From positions 138,818 to 202,817 of the forward strand of contig CAVVGO010000003.1 in assembly GCA_963747835.1 (NCBI GenBank): a DNA stretch of 64,000 nt, read 5' to 3'. Source of the DNA: an uncultured Alphaproteobacteria bacterium (GTDB lineage Bacteria; Pseudomonadota; Alphaproteobacteria; Rhizobiales; Xanthobacteraceae). Below the pieces are notes generated by a model that was not told where the DNA came from, made no database searches, and saw only the letters and a program-made list of their open reading frames with translations. This document shows positions 63,845 to 64,000 of the stretch, piece after piece (the first letter of the stretch is position 1; each line of letters starts with the position of its first letter). The position numbers and the translations under genes are program-made.

Positions 63845-64000
63845 ATGGCTGACAGCGACGCGCGCATGACGATCAATTCGGCACCCGCCGGGAGCGCCGC
63901 CCGAACCGGCCAGCGCGATTTTCCCGGGCTGGCGCGGCGCTCCAACGGGTTGGCGCGTGAGCACCGCGAAACGTGGCTCAACCGCATGCTGCGCGCGTTT
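63845..64000 (+). CDS. Start of a CorC/TlyC-type (CBS-domain) protein, truncated by the window end
   Basis: Only the low-complexity N-terminus is visible (MADSDARMTINSAPAGSAARTGQRD...). The call rests on the conserved ybeY-corC-lnt synteny. Confidence 0.4.
   Translation, partial: MADSDARMTINSAPAGSAARTGQRDFPGLARRSNGLAREHRETWLNRMLRAF

Overview
Chromosomal segment of a high-GC alphaproteobacterium. Gene order and the PDERSDIRG / PGLVPG-type intergenic REP hairpins look Rhizobiales, Nitrobacteraceae/Bradyrhizobiaceae-like; this is an inference, not a database result. There are about 60 genes, almost all core housekeeping: gyrB; sahR-metF-metH; tkt-gap-pgk-fba; DUF4164-zapA-6S RNA-5-formyl-THF cyclo-ligase; groES-groEL behind a CIRCE operator; arsC; a cheZ-like gene; hisZ-hisG; an enoyl-CoA hydratase / acyl-CoA synthetase / Rrf2 group; murJ-trpS; nfu-tsaB-rimI; plsC-miaB-phoH-ybeY-corC. 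I see no rRNA, tRNA, CRISPR array, transposase, integrase or phage genes. Four things stand out. (1) An AT-richer single-gene insert (31056-32387) encodes an orphan 443-aa protein whose N-terminus resembles a Mrr-type restriction-endonuclease fold. It is the best candidate for something new (a possible single-gene conflict/defence factor) but is weakly supported. (2) At least 13 reading-frame breaks occur in nine otherwise conserved genes, all within the first 36.3 kb and including essential gyrB. Four to six single +1 breaks sit on GATC(C), and four genes carry sign-compensating shift pairs. This is most likely a sequence-quality or base-modification signature, and it limits every pseudogene call made here. 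(3) A 15-nt AT-rich core, ATAGGAATAGGCCTA, is embedded in two sigma70-like promoters (24062 and 35105), each heading a long non-coding stretch. One stretch has three copies of a 13-mer; the other has a 14-unit GGATGN hexamer array containing a textbook G-quadruplex motif. (4) Smaller items include a SahR-type palindrome, paired TTAACCAT CtrA-type boxes, REP hairpins and a DUF433/DUF5615 toxin-antitoxin pair. No multi-gene novel system could be demonstrated from the sequence alone.
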